In this document: positions 37,464 to 47,853 of the stretch, one piece after another
Layout: the number at the start of each line of letters is the position of its first letter
Position numbering within the stretch: position 1 is the first letter of the stretch
Assembly: GCA_963751515.1 (NCBI GenBank)
Contig: CAVVUR010000008.1
Span: 140,281-204,280 of the forward strand
Source of the DNA: an uncultured delta proteobacterium
Lineage (GTDB): Bacteria; Desulfobacterota; WTBG01
Length of the DNA: 64,000 nt
Reading direction: 5' to 3'
Position numbers and translations under genes: made by a program
Notes under the pieces: model-generated
Database searches by the model: none
What the model was told of the DNA's origin: nothing
Seen by the model: only the letters and a program-made list of their open reading frames with translations

Positions 37464-38887
37464 TTCAGGATGACGCTTCCTTCAAGCACCCGACCGTCAG
37501 GGATGCTCATCTGTCGTCCGCTCTTATTGGTAATGCGGACAATACCTTTCATAACCACATCCCCTCCGAAAAGCACGTCGCCTTCCACTACCAGCTTCTC
37601 GCAGGCCACCAGCGAGGGCGCCCCCCGGCTGAAACGGGCTTTCATCTGGTCGATGTGCCGGTAGTAACGTGGATCAAGCTCTATGACGATCTGCCCGTAC
37701 CTTCTCCCCGGGTTCTGCACCAGCCGGGCATCTTCGGTTAAAACATAGGCATCCGACCACAAACCCAACAGATCATTGCAGGCCTTGACCGGAGCGAAGC
37801 GAACCCTCGGTACCCTGACAGCCGCGGCGCCGGGAAAGACCGAAAGAGCCGAGCCCATTGCGGTCTCAAGCTGATACACAGCAGGTGAACCGGCATCCCT
37901 GGGATCAACCGTCTTGCTGTTTATGATCAGGGGCAGCGGAAGCACATGGCCATGCTTCTTGAGCAGTTTTTCCAGGGAGACCAGGTTGATCCAGAGGGTG
38001 TTGGTATTAAAGTACCTGTACAGCGAGATATCCTGAAACATCTCCTTCTCTTCCTCGGGACACTGCGCCAGCTCCCGCAGCACAAGGGTTCCGTTTTTCG
38101 CGCGGGCCAGATGCCCGCCCTTTCGGTCTGCCTCGGTGCGGTCGGCAACTTCCATCACCAAGGGGATCTTCAGGGAAGCGCAGTAACCCAATATCCCGAC
38201 GTCCATGACTGCGCCGAGGTTATCCGCGTTGGATACAAAGGCATACTCAAACCCCTCAGCCAGCAGGAGTGCAAGCATGCCGGAGGTTACCAACGCGCAA
38301 TAAATATCCCCGTGGCCGGGAGGACACCACTCCATCGCGGGATGAGCGGGCCAGGAAACGGGAGCCAAACTTCCCTGCTCAATCTTGGGAATGCTGTGCT
38401 GTAAAAAATCCGGGGGTATCGAACCCGTCAGTTCGGGGTAGCGCCGGAGCAGCTCGCAGGATTCCTTCCGGGTGCCGTCGCTGTTCATGAGGATTAGGGG
38501 CAGTCGGCAGTTATGGGTCCGGCGAACGTGCAGCACCTGGCGGGCAATGATGTCAAGGAATGAAAGGTTGTTTTTCACCTCCAGCAGCGATTTCGCCCGC
38601 TCCATTCCCATGCCGGTGCCGAGACCCCCGTTAAGCTTGATGACCACCGCCTTGTCCAGGGCTCTGATACCTTCAGGGGAGTAGTTATCAAGCTGCTCCA
38701 GGTCGGGCACCTCATCAAGGGGATCGATCTCGCGCCGGGTTATAAGCCCGGTACCCCCCGCCAGCAGCTGTAGGTAATGCCGCCGGAACTGCTCAATGAC
38801 CAGCTTGTCCATGCCGGCACTTCTCATCCGTTCCCCAAACGGCCTGAACCGTTCGTCAGCACATGCGGCCGATTCATCTTGCATCAA
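37460..38887 (-). CDS. UDPGP-family sugar-1-phosphate uridylyltransferase (UTP-glucose-1-P / UDP-GlcNAc pyrophosphorylase type)
   Basis: 'VVIKLNGGLGTGMGMERAKS' UDPGP signature; 475 aa. Confidence 0.75.
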   Translation of the reverse strand: MMQDESAACADERFRPFGERMRSAGMDKLVIEQFRRHYLQLLAGGTGLITRREIDPLDEVPDLEQLDNYSPEGIRALDKAVVIKLNGGLGTGMGMERAKSLLEVKNNLSFLDIIARQVLHVRRTHNCRLPLILMNSDGTRKESCELLRRYPELTGSIPPDFLQHSIPKIEQGSLAPVSWPAHPAMEWCPPGHGDIYCALVTSGMLALLLAEGFEYAFVSNADNLGAVMDVGILGYCASLKIPLVMEVADRTEADRKGGHLARAKNGTLVLRELAQCPEEEKEMFQDISLYRYFNTNTLWINLVSLEKLLKKHGHVLPLPLIINSKTVDPRDAGSPAVYQLETAMGSALSVFPGAAAVRVPRVRFAPVKACNDLLGLWSDAYVLTEDARLVQNPGRRYGQIVIELDPRYYRHIDQMKARFSRGAPSLVACEKLVVEGDVLFGGDVVMKGIVRITNKSGRQMSIPDGRVLEGSVILN

Positions 38888-39169
38888 TGATTACCCCTTC
38901 CCTTACTACCTGTATAGAATTAATGTGGCACTCTACCCTATTGGCGAAACGATTACAAATTATTTGTTGCCCGGGAGAACCTCCTGCGCAGACCGCGTTC
39001 ATTGGTTTTCATTGACATGGTCCCCGGTTCTTACTACAATCCTAACCGGTGTGAAGGCATTACTTCCATGTTTCACATACCTGCAGGACGTGAGCATATA
39101 AGTCACTGCTCACCTGTTTACGATTCGGGCTGCGGACAGCAGCCGGCACCTTCCCGGTCACAACATCGA

Positions 39170-40021
39170 CTCATGGACGTCTCAATCATTATTGTCAACT
39201 GGAACACCCGGGAGCTTCTGCTCAATTGTCTTTCCTCGGTTTTTGCCACCGCGTCCGGTCTTGACGTCGAGATCATCGTGGTTGACAACGGTTCAGAGGA
39301 TGGGAGTGTCAGGGCCGTACAGGAACAGTTCCCGGGGTAACCATCATTCAAAATAACCTGAACCTGGGTTTCGCCCGGGCCAACAACCAGGCCCTTGCCC
39401 GGGCCGCGGGGCGCTACTTTCTCCTGCTCAACTCCGATGCGGCGCTTACCGAGGGGTCTCTCCAGGGACTTGTTGCCTTTATGGATCAAACACCGGGGCG
39501 GGGATCGCCGCCTGCCAGTACATCGACATCGACGGAAGCAGACAGAATTCCTTTGACAGCTTTCCCACCCTGGCGACAGAAGCTCTTCAATAAAACCATC
39601 CTGAAAACATTGTTTCCCGCCCGCTATCCCAGCAAGCGAAGGGATTACCGGGAACCGCTTGAGGTGGACTCGGTCATCGGCGCCTGCATGCTGGTTCGTG
39701 CCGAGGCGGTGAGGAAGGTGGGCGGCCTTGACGAAGACTACTTCTTTTTCCTGGAAGAAACCGACTGGTGCTTCCGCATGAGGAGGGCCGGCTGGCACGT
39801 TTATCATCTTCCCCACATCCGCGTCTACCATTTGCAGGGCAAGAGCAAAGAGAAAAGCCCAGTCAAGCGCATGGATCGAATACTACCGCTCGCTTTACAT
39901 ATTTTTTAAAAAAAACCGCAGCGCCCTGAGTTACTATGTCCTCCGGACGGGAAAAGTGTCTCAAGCTCGTTGTCAACCTGCTCCTGGTTTCTGCGGGCAT
40001 CGGTGCACCCTCGGGATGAAT
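39170..40021 (+). pseudogene. family-2 glycosyltransferase with >=4 frameshifts
   Basis: 'MDVSIIIVNWNTRELLLNCLSSVF...VEIIVVDNGSEDGS', then 'YFLLLNSDA', 'DSVIGACMLVRAEAVRKVGGLDEDYFFFLEETDWCFR' in shifted frames; shifts at G-runs (~39338, ~39497) and ~39590, ~39870. Confidence 0.6.
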
Positions 40022-40205
40022 AAAGGGATTCGTGCGCCACTTCCGCATTTACGGTGGGCTCCTCAGTGGCACCTGAAGGGATGCCCAAAGGATGGCGGTC
40101 TGGCAGTTGGTGAGAGATCTGCACATAATGCGATTTAAAATCAGGCTGGTACTGAGCGAAATAAGAGGGATTTTCTCAGCCACAACACCGGCTTTTTCCC
40201 ATACC

Positions 40206-41369
40206 ATGAAAATCGCGCTGATCAGGAAAGAGTACACGCTCAGGTGGGGAGGAGCGGAAAGCTACGTGGTAAACCTGGCCCGGCTTTAGCCGCCCGGGGC
40301 CACGAGGTGCATGTCTTTGCCAATTCCTGGGACCTGCCCGCCGATGCGCGCATCACCTTTCATAAGGTGCCCATGATTTCCTGGTACTCACCCTTAAAAA
40401 ATCTTTCCTTCGCACTGAACGCAGGCGGCTGCTTAAAGGCGCGCAGTTCGATATCGTGAACGGTTTTTCCCAGGTGTTTCCCCAGGATGTTTATCGGGCT
40501 GGAGACGGCTTGCATCGCTTCAACCTGGAGGTGCGGTCGTCCTCCGCCCTCGCAAGGACCCTGAACCGTCTCAATCCGCGGCACTCATAATTCTCTCCAT
40601 AGAAAAACAGATTTTCAAACCGTACCATTACAGGTATATAATTGCCAACTCCGAGTTATGCAAACAACAGCTTCTGAATTACTATAATGTACCTGAGGAC
40701 AGGGTTGAAGTTATTTATAACGGCGTGGACCTGAACCGCTTTAATCCCGGGGTAAAAGCAGGTATCGCACAGAGGTGCGCAAAAACTCGGCCTAAGCGAC
40801 GATACACGGGTCATGCTCTTTGTGAGCCGGAACTATAAAAGGAAGGGGCTGAGCAGCTCATTGGAGCTTGCGCCTGGGAAAAAAAAAGCATTCATAAAGC
40901 TGGTCGTGGTGGGCAGGGGAACTTCCCGGCCCTATCGGCGACTTGCCGCCGGGCTGGGTAGGCGTGGCGGACAGGGTCATCTTCACCGGGGAAGACACCG
41001 GCGGTGGAGGATACTATGGGGCAAGTGATTTCCTGATACTCCCTACCCTCTACGATCCTTTCTCCAACGTCTGCCTGGAGGCCCTGGCCTGCGGCCTTCC
41101 GGTCATTACCACCCGTAACAACGGGGCGGCGGAATTGATCAATGAAGGGGTAAATGGCTGTGTCCTCGAAGATGCCAACCGCCTGGAAGCGATGGCGGAA
41201 AAAATTTCCCGCATGATCCCCGAGGGTATCTGTGAAACCATGGGGGAACATGCCGCGGCATCGCGCGGCAGTACACCCTGGAGGAAAATCTTGAAAAGAC
41301 CCTGGAGATCTACGATAAGGTCGATCACCGCCAGGAAGGCGCTTTGCCTTCTCGCGGCAGAACGGTATA
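40206..41369 (+). pseudogene. family-4 glycosyltransferase (WaaG-like) with multiple frameshifts
   Basis: 'MKIALIRKEY', '...FIKLVVVGRG', 'VGVADRVIFTGEDTGGGGYYGASDFLILPTLYDPFSNVCLEALACGLPVITTRNNGAAELI' in different frames; A9 tract at ~40877. Confidence 0.6.
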
Positions 41370-41505
41370 ATCATCAACCGGGAGGCAGCGGAGCTGCTGG
41401 AGAAAAACAATCTACTCGACTTCGACGCGGTCATGCGCTGCCCCCGCGGCACAACCGTAAAGCAGGTCTAGATCTGCGCTCAACCGTCAGGATAGCTCAA
41501 AGAAA

Positions 41506-42150
41506 CATGGTGAAGCAGGCGTGTATCTCAAGCGCTACCACAGGGGCGGCATCAAAGGCCTGGCCGGCATGGGTTTCAGACCGGAACAGCCATGGACGAG
41601 TGGAAACGATCCTCACCTTTCACCGCTTCGGGATCCCCACCATGATTCCCATTGCCGCGGGTACACGCAAAACCGGTCCGGCGAATGCGAATCGTTTCTC
41701 ATGACCAGGGAGCTTGAGGGACAGAGCGACTGGACCACTACCTGGCCCGTGAGATGATCCGTCCCCTCACCCGCATCAGGTAAGCGGACAAGCGGCAATT
41801 GCTTAAGGAGCTTGCCGTCCTGATCGGGCGGATGCACGGGTCCGGGATCAATCACCGGGATCTGTACCTCTGTCACCTGCTGGTAAAAAAAGCCGCGGAT
41901 CAGCCCGGAACATCTATCGTCGCGGATCTCCACCGGGTTGATCGGAGGAACCGAATGACCTCTCAGGTGGAAAGTAAAGGATCTCGCGGCCCTCAACTAC
42001 TCGGCTGATCTTCAATGCCTCACCAGAACCGACCGGCTGAGATTCGTGCGCCATTACCGGGACGAGGGGGAACGCCGGACATTACCCTCAAGCCGCTTTA
42101 TCCGGAAGGTGCTGCGCAAAACCGAGAGAATCCGCCTGCATGACGGCCGG
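41506..42150 (+). pseudogene. Kdo kinase / InaA-like lipopolysaccharide kinase, multiply frameshifted
   Basis: 'VYLKRYHRGGIKGLAGMGF', 'LAVLIGRMHGSGINHRDLYLCHLLVKK...IVADLHRVDRR' family motifs in separate frames. Confidence 0.5.
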
Positions 42151-42194
42151 CTGCGGCAAAAAAAATCAAACCATCCACACAGAGGGAACGCGCT

Positions 42195-43355
42195 ATGCGA
42201 AAAGATTTTTTAGTTTTTGGAAGCCCCCGGATCGAGGAGGATGAAATCAGCGAGGTGGTGGATTCCCTCCGCTCGGGATGGATCTCCACCGGCCCCAAGG
42301 TCGGGCGGTTTGAAGCGCTTTTCAGGGAGTATACCGGGGCCCGGCACGCGCTCGCGCTCAACTCCTGCACGGCGGGGCTTCACCTGTCCATGGTGGTTGC
42401 CGGATTAAAGGCGGGCGACGAAATCATCACCACCCCCATGACCTTCGGCGCCACCGCCAATGCCATCATTCACAGCGGCGCGACCCCGGTGTTCGCCGAC
42501 ATCAGCCTCCCCGGAATGAACATTGATCCCCAAAAAATCGAGGAAAAGATCAGCACCAAGACCAGGGCCATCGTCCCCGTTCACTTCGCGGGCAGGCCCT
42601 GCCCCATGGATGACATAACCGACATCGCGCGCAGGCATAACCTCATCATCATCGAGGATGCGGCCCACGCGCTGGAGGCCGTGTACCGGGGCAGGAAGAT
42701 CGGCGTCATCGGCGACCTGACGGTGTTCAGCTTTTACGTCACCAAAAACCTGGTGACCGGCGAGGGAGGCATGATCACCACCGCCGACGACCGCTACGCG
42801 GAGATGATCCAAACCTACGGACTGCACGGCATGAGCAAGGGCGCCTGGAAGCGCTACTCCGATGAGGGGTTCAAGCACTACCAAATCATTTTCCCCGGCT
42901 TCAAATACAACATGATGGACCTGCAGGCGGCACTGGGCATTCCCCAGATACGAAAGGTGGGTGACTACCTCAAGCGGCGCGAGGAAATCTGGCAGCGCTA
43001 CGATGAAGCCTTCAGGAACCTGCCCCTCGATACCCCCCCACCGGCAGAGGCAAACACAACCCATGCCCGGCACCTGTACACCATCCTGCTGCGTCTGGAT
43101 GAGCTTACCGTCGGCCGCGATACCGTCCAGCAGGCCCTCTACGAAGAAAACATCGGCACCGGTATTCACTTCATTTCCCTGCACCTCCAGCCCTACTACG
43201 TGCAGCGCTTCGGATTTGCCCCCGGTGATTACCCCAATGCCGCCTGCGTTTCAGACAGGACCATCTCCCTGCCGCTTTCTGCAAAGCTCACCGACCGGGA
43301 TGTGAATGACGTCATCGATGCCGTCAGCAGGGTGCTGAAGAAATATAAAAAGTAA
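42195..43355 (+). CDS. DegT/DnrJ/EryC1/StrS aminotransferase, ArnB-like (UDP-4-amino-sugar:oxoglutarate aminotransferase)
   Basis: Near-colinear with ArnB: 'FLVFGSPRIEEDEISEVVDSLRSGWISTGPKV', 'IIEDAAHALEA', 'SFYVTKNLVTGEGGMITT' (PLP lysine region). Confidence 0.85.
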   Translation: MRKDFLVFGSPRIEEDEISEVVDSLRSGWISTGPKVGRFEALFREYTGARHALALNSCTAGLHLSMVVAGLKAGDEIITTPMTFGATANAIIHSGATPVFADISLPGMNIDPQKIEEKISTKTRAIVPVHFAGRPCPMDDITDIARRHNLIIIEDAAHALEAVYRGRKIGVIGDLTVFSFYVTKNLVTGEGGMITTADDRYAEMIQTYGLHGMSKGAWKRYSDEGFKHYQIIFPGFKYNMMDLQAALGIPQIRKVGDYLKRREEIWQRYDEAFRNLPLDTPPPAEANTTHARHLYTILLRLDELTVGRDTVQQALYEENIGTGIHFISLHLQPYYVQRFGFAPGDYPNAACVSDRTISLPLSAKLTDRDVNDVIDAVSRVLKKYKK

Positions 43356-43361
43356 CTTCGC

Positions 43362-45023
43362 TTGGAAACCATGTCCCGGCACCAGCCAACCTGGCTCGTC
43401 AAAGACGCATACCGCAACACCCTTTCTCCCGCGGTGCTCAACCGCCTGATCACAGGGGAAGGGGTGAGGCACGCCCTGCTCAAACGGGAGCTGCCTTCAC
43501 GGACGGTCGCGCTCCTGAATCCGGAATCCCCGGAGCTGCCCGCCCTCTACCTCAAGCAATACCGCTTCCCTCATTTCACCAGCCGGCTCAAACACATGTT
43601 TCACTCGCCCGCCGACCGGGAGTGGAAAACCTCCTTTCGGATCGCGGCGAAGGGAATACCCACCTTTGAACCTCTTGCGGTCGGAACCCTGCGGCGATTC
43701 GGCCTGCCCGCCGCAAGCTATCTCATATCGCGGGAAATTGATAATGCGCGATCACTCAAAGATTGCCTGCTGGATCGGCAGTCACTTGATGCGCAAACGT
43801 CACGGGTGGCCGGAAAAACGATCATATGCAGCCTGGCCCGATTTGTCCGGGACCTGCACCGCAAGGGAATACTGCATCGGGACTTCCACTGGGGGAACAT
43901 ACTCATCGACGCCCGGGACCTGAACAACATCAGGTGGTATCTCATGGACCTGCACCGCGTGCGGCTGATGTCCCGGCTTAATGACCGTGACCGGGTTAAC
44001 AACCTTGCGGCACTCGGCACCGCCTTCCGCTTCACTGCCCGGGGGGAAGAGCGCTTCCGCTTTCTTGCACAGTATGCGCGGGGCGACGCGCGGTGGGAAA
44101 ATCGTCTTCAGCATTTTGCCCGGCGCATTGAAAGCCGGTCGGACAGGCTGCTGAAAAGGATCTGGGCCGGAAAAGCGCGAAGGTGCCTGAAGCATAACCG
44201 GTACTTCACCCCCTTCCGCTTCCCTGCCTGCCGGGGATTTCTCAGGGGAGAGATCTCCTCACCGCCGCTCCTGGAACTGCTTCAGGACCCCGGACGAGCA
44301 TTCGCGGATCCCGCCTGCAGTATTGTAAAAAATTCACACACCACCTCTTCCTGCACCCTGCCGCTGATCATGGCAGGCAAACCCGCTTCCATCTTCATCA
44401 AGCGATACAATTATCAGAACAGCCTCTATGCCATGAAAAACCTCTTCCGCAGCTCCCGGGGTAAACGGACCTGGAAGACGGCGCATGCCCTGCTGGCCAG
44501 AGAGATCCCCACTCCGTTGCCGGTTGCCTTTGCGGATAAGAGATGGGTGCGGGTGTTGAGAGCGAGCTTTTGCATCACGCAAAATATTACGCAGGCCGTT
44601 CCATTGAGCAGGCTCTTCCCGGAAGCAGGGTCGCCGATAAATCCCGGACACACCGTTGACAAAAACAATCTCATTCGCGAGGCAGCACTGCTGGTGCAGA
44701 TGATGCATGAACGCGGCATCTGGCACCGGGATCTCAAGGCGGCAAATATACTGGTGCAGCGCACACCGGGCGGCGGCACAAAACTCTATCTGACCGATTT
44801 AGACGGCATCCGGATCAGGCACACTGTCGGCACCGGGGAGCGGATGAGGGACCTGTCGCGGCTCAACCGCTCCCTGCTCAGCATCCCGGCCCTTTCCACC
44901 CGGGACCGGCTCCGCTTTCTGCGATGCTACCTCCACACCGGCAGCAGAAAGGATAAAACCCTTCGGGCGTATTGGGAAGGGATCAGGAGCGAAACCGCTA
45001 AAAAGCTTGCCAAAAATATTTAA
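43362..45023 (+). CDS. protein with two tandem Kdo/WaaP-family kinase-like domains
   Basis: 'GILHRDFHWGNILID' and second 'GIWHRDLKAANILVQRTPGGGTKLYLTDLDGIRI' catalytic-loop/DFG-like motifs. Confidence 0.65.
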   Translation: METMSRHQPTWLVKDAYRNTLSPAVLNRLITGEGVRHALLKRELPSRTVALLNPESPELPALYLKQYRFPHFTSRLKHMFHSPADREWKTSFRIAAKGIPTFEPLAVGTLRRFGLPAASYLISREIDNARSLKDCLLDRQSLDAQTSRVAGKTIICSLARFVRDLHRKGILHRDFHWGNILIDARDLNNIRWYLMDLHRVRLMSRLNDRDRVNNLAALGTAFRFTARGEERFRFLAQYARGDARWENRLQHFARRIESRSDRLLKRIWAGKARRCLKHNRYFTPFRFPACRGFLRGEISSPPLLELLQDPGRAFADPACSIVKNSHTTSSCTLPLIMAGKPASIFIKRYNYQNSLYAMKNLFRSSRGKRTWKTAHALLAREIPTPLPVAFADKRWVRVLRASFCITQNITQAVPLSRLFPEAGSPINPGHTVDKNNLIREAALLVQMMHERGIWHRDLKAANILVQRTPGGGTKLYLTDLDGIRIRHTVGTGERMRDLSRLNRSLLSIPALSTRDRLRFLRCYLHTGSRKDKTLRAYWEGIRSETAKKLAKNI

Positions 45024-45097
45024 AACCTATAAAGAACTTTTACGAGCGACGCTTCACATGCGGGAAACCTGTTTATTAACGATCCTGAGGAGAACCC

Positions 45098-46297
45098 ATG
45101 AACGTACCCATGCTCAATTTAAAACTTCAGTATGCGCAGATCAAAGACGAGATGCGGCGTGCTGTTGATGATGTCTTCGAAAGCCAGCAGTTTATCCTGG
45201 GCCCAACCGTCGAGTCGTTCGAAAAGGAAATCGCCCTATACACGAACACACCATGCTCGGTCGGCGTATCATCCGGTACGGACGCGCTGCTTCTGTCCCT
45301 GATGGCGCTTGGCATAGGAAGGGATGACCTGGTGATTACCACGCCCTTCACCTTTTTCTCCACTGCCTCCTCCATCTCCCGCGTGGGGGCCATTCCTCTC
45401 TTTTGCGACATCGATCCGCACACCTACATCATGGATCCGGGCAGGCTCGAGGAAACCATCGCGTCCCTGGCAACGGAAAAGCGCCGCCGGCTCAAGGCCG
45501 TTATTCCGGTCCACCTCTACGGGCAATGCGCGGACATGGAGTCGCTGGCGGCCATAGCCGATCGCCATCAACTGCGGATAATAGAGGATGCCGCCCAGGC
45601 GCTCGGCGCGCATTATATGCAGGATGGCACGGCGATCAAACACCACGCGGGCAGCAGGGGCGATTGCGGGTGCTTTTCCTTCTTTCCCACAAAAAATCTC
45701 GGCGCCTGCGGTGAGGCGGGCATGGTGGTAACCGGAGACGAGTCCCTGGCGGAAAAATTACGGAGCCTGCGCCATCACGGCTGCAGATCGCAGCACGAAC
45801 AGTACTACTACGACACCATCGGCATCAACGGCAGGCTGGACGCCCTCCAGGCGGCCGTGCTCAAAGTGAAACTCAAACACCTTGACCGATGGAACACCCG
45901 GCGGCGCTCAAACGCCGATACTTACAACCGGCTCTTCAGGGAAAGGGGGCTTGCCTCGCCGCAGGGCGGGCCGGGAGGGCAGGAAACGCCTCTCCGTCTC
46001 CCCCGCGAAGGGAGGGGGAATTATCACATTTACCACCAGTATGTCATCCGTGCGCGCAACCGCGACGGGCTGAAGGCATTTCTTGACACGCGGGGTATAG
46101 GGTGCGGCATCTACTACCCGGTCCCCGTTCATCTGCAGCCCTGTTACGCGTATCTGGGTGTAAGGCAAGGGAGCCTCCCGGAATCCGAGCGGGCTTCGCG
46201 CGAGGTGCTGGCACTGCCCATTTATCCGGACTTAACCCGTGATCAGCAGGAGGCGGTGGTGAATGCTGTGGAAGATTTTTATCGTGGCAAAAGCTGA
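45098..46297 (+). CDS. DegT/DnrJ/EryC1/StrS-family PLP-dependent sugar aminotransferase
   Basis: 'MLNLKLQYAQIKDEMRRAVDDVFESQQFILGPTVESFEKEIA', 'IIEDAAQALGA', 'FSFFPTKNLGACGEAGMVVT'. Confidence 0.85.
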   Translation: MNVPMLNLKLQYAQIKDEMRRAVDDVFESQQFILGPTVESFEKEIALYTNTPCSVGVSSGTDALLLSLMALGIGRDDLVITTPFTFFSTASSISRVGAIPLFCDIDPHTYIMDPGRLEETIASLATEKRRRLKAVIPVHLYGQCADMESLAAIADRHQLRIIEDAAQALGAHYMQDGTAIKHHAGSRGDCGCFSFFPTKNLGACGEAGMVVTGDESLAEKLRSLRHHGCRSQHEQYYYDTIGINGRLDALQAAVLKVKLKHLDRWNTRRRSNADTYNRLFRERGLASPQGGPGGQETPLRLPREGRGNYHIYHQYVIRARNRDGLKAFLDTRGIGCGIYYPVPVHLQPCYAYLGVRQGSLPESERASREVLALPIYPDLTRDQQEAVVNAVEDFYRGKS

Positions 46298-46331
46298 CTA
46301 TGAGGGACAAATCCCGCAGATATGCTAATAC

Positions 46332-46382
46332 GGTAGGAGCGGCTTCAGCCGCGATTAATTTGCGGCTGAAGCCGCTCCTACC
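46332..46382. repeat. REP-like perfect palindrome GGTAGGAGCGGCTTCAGCCGC-gattaattt-GCGGCTGAAGCCGCTCCTACC
   Basis: 21-bp perfect arms; same family as 21512-21563; at 3' end of aminotransferase gene. Confidence 0.6.
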
Positions 46383-46406
46383 GGAATTCCGAACCTGTTT
46401 ACTTAA

Positions 46407-46958
46407 TCAAAAGCCGATACCCTTGTCAAAACTTAAACCGCCCCCTCTCTTCTTCCTGCCGACGGCCTGAAGGATGAGGGCGGTTATGCAGCCCAGCAAA
46501 AATATGCCGCCACCTGAAAGCAGCAGCATAAGCCGGTAGGGCTCCTGCTTAAGCTTCTGGTTTTCCGCGGAGAGGGTGTTGAGTGTCTGATCGAAGGTAA
46601 GCTTTTCCTGTTTAAGCGACAGGTTTTCCCTGTCCAGCGCGGTAATGCGCGCCGCCTGTTCCTGCAACTGCTTCTCCAGGTCGGCTATCCGCACTGTCTT
46701 TGGCTGCTCGGCCGTCAAATATTGATCCCGCACCCACCCTTCCAGGCCGCCTTTGAAGGAGATCTTCGCCCACGGCTTCTGCGTTTCCAGCACTTGAACC
46801 GTATCGTCGGCGGCAAGCTGATCCATGATCCTGTATTCCTCGCCGGGCTGCACCCGCACATTGATTGTGCAGGTGTCGGTTACGAACATGGTTGTGGCCT
46901 GCACTGCAGAACAAACCGCCATCACGCTTGCGAACACCGCCACGATGCACATTCTCAT
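46407..46958 (-). CDS. SH3b-domain / coiled-coil / C-terminal TM protein (TIGR04211-like)
   Basis: Signal peptide, SH3b-like 'YRIMDQLAADDTVQVLETQKPWAKISFKGGLEGWV', coiled coil, TM 'LLLSGGGIFLLGCITALILQAV'. Confidence 0.55.
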   Translation of the reverse strand: MRMCIVAVFASVMAVCSAVQATTMFVTDTCTINVRVQPGEEYRIMDQLAADDTVQVLETQKPWAKISFKGGLEGWVRDQYLTAEQPKTVRIADLEKQLQEQAARITALDRENLSLKQEKLTFDQTLNTLSAENQKLKQEPYRLMLLLSGGGIFLLGCITALILQAVGRKKRGGGLSFDKGIGF

Positions 46959-47157
46959 ATCGCCGTCTCCTTGGGTTATTAACCGGTGTGCAGTGCATAA
47001 ACCGTCCTTTCACGTTCCGGGGCGTGCCGCCCGCACAGCGCTTATGCACTAATGGCTTTACATTTGCTTACCTATACTATAAATAAAATGAAATGAAAAG
47101 CGGATATCGCTCATCGTGCGCGGCACGGCATCAACGGGGATGAGCGGCAGAGGTACT

Positions 47158-47853
47158 ATGGCCGGTTCAGAGATAGAAAGAAATCTGGAACACATCCGAG
47201 AGAGAATGGAGCGGGCAGCGGGAAGGGCCGGCAGGAGTCCTGATGATATCAGGCTGGTAGCGGTTTCAAAAATGGTCGGGGTTGATGCCATGCGTGAAGC
47301 CATTGCCTCGGGGGTGACCATATTCGGGGAAAGCTACATCCAGGAGGCGCGTTCAAAAGTACCGGAGATCGCCGGCACGGTTCGATGGGATTTTATCGGA
47401 CACCTGCAACGAAATAAAGTGAGGCCTGCCGTCGGCCTTTTTGAAATGATCCACTCGGTTGACTCGCTGGCGCTAGCGCAGGAAATGGATCGCACAGCCA
47501 TGCAGAGCGGAAAAAGGCTCAGGGTTTTAGTCGAAGTAAATCTGTCAGGTGAAAAAGCAAAATCGGGCATTGACCCCGCGGGCGCAGTTGATCTTGTCAG
47601 GGAAATGGCATCATTGCCGCATCTTTCCCTTGAAGGGCTGATGACCATGCCCCCTTACAGCGATGATCCGGAGAACTCCCGGTCTTACTTCCGGACCCTG
47701 AGAAATCTCAGGGACAGCCTGAATGAAGAGTGCAGGGGAGCAATCGCGCTCAAGGAGCTTTCCATGGGCATGTCTTCGGATTTTGAAGTCGCCATTGAGG
47801 AAGGGGCCACATTCGTTCGCATCGGAACGGCCATTTTCGGGGAACGGGCTTGA
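47158..47853 (+). CDS. yggS: YggS-family pyridoxal-phosphate homeostasis protein
   Basis: 'IRLVAVSKMVGVDAMREAIASGVTIFGESYIQEA' (PLP Lys region), alanine-racemase N-domain fold, ~230 aa. Confidence 0.85.
   Translation: MAGSEIERNLEHIRERMERAAGRAGRSPDDIRLVAVSKMVGVDAMREAIASGVTIFGESYIQEARSKVPEIAGTVRWDFIGHLQRNKVRPAVGLFEMIHSVDSLALAQEMDRTAMQSGKRLRVLVEVNLSGEKAKSGIDPAGAVDLVREMASLPHLSLEGLMTMPPYSDDPENSRSYFRTLRNLRDSLNEECRGAIALKELSMGMSSDFEVAIEEGATFVRIGTAIFGERA

Noticed and set aside
40150-40185. 'CTCAGCCACAACACCGGCTTTTTCCC' resembling the MITE inner repeat (TTAGCCACAACAA) between the GT2 and GT4 pseudogenes
   Set aside because: It is a short partial match with no opposite inverted end nearby. It is likely coincidental or a very decayed remnant.
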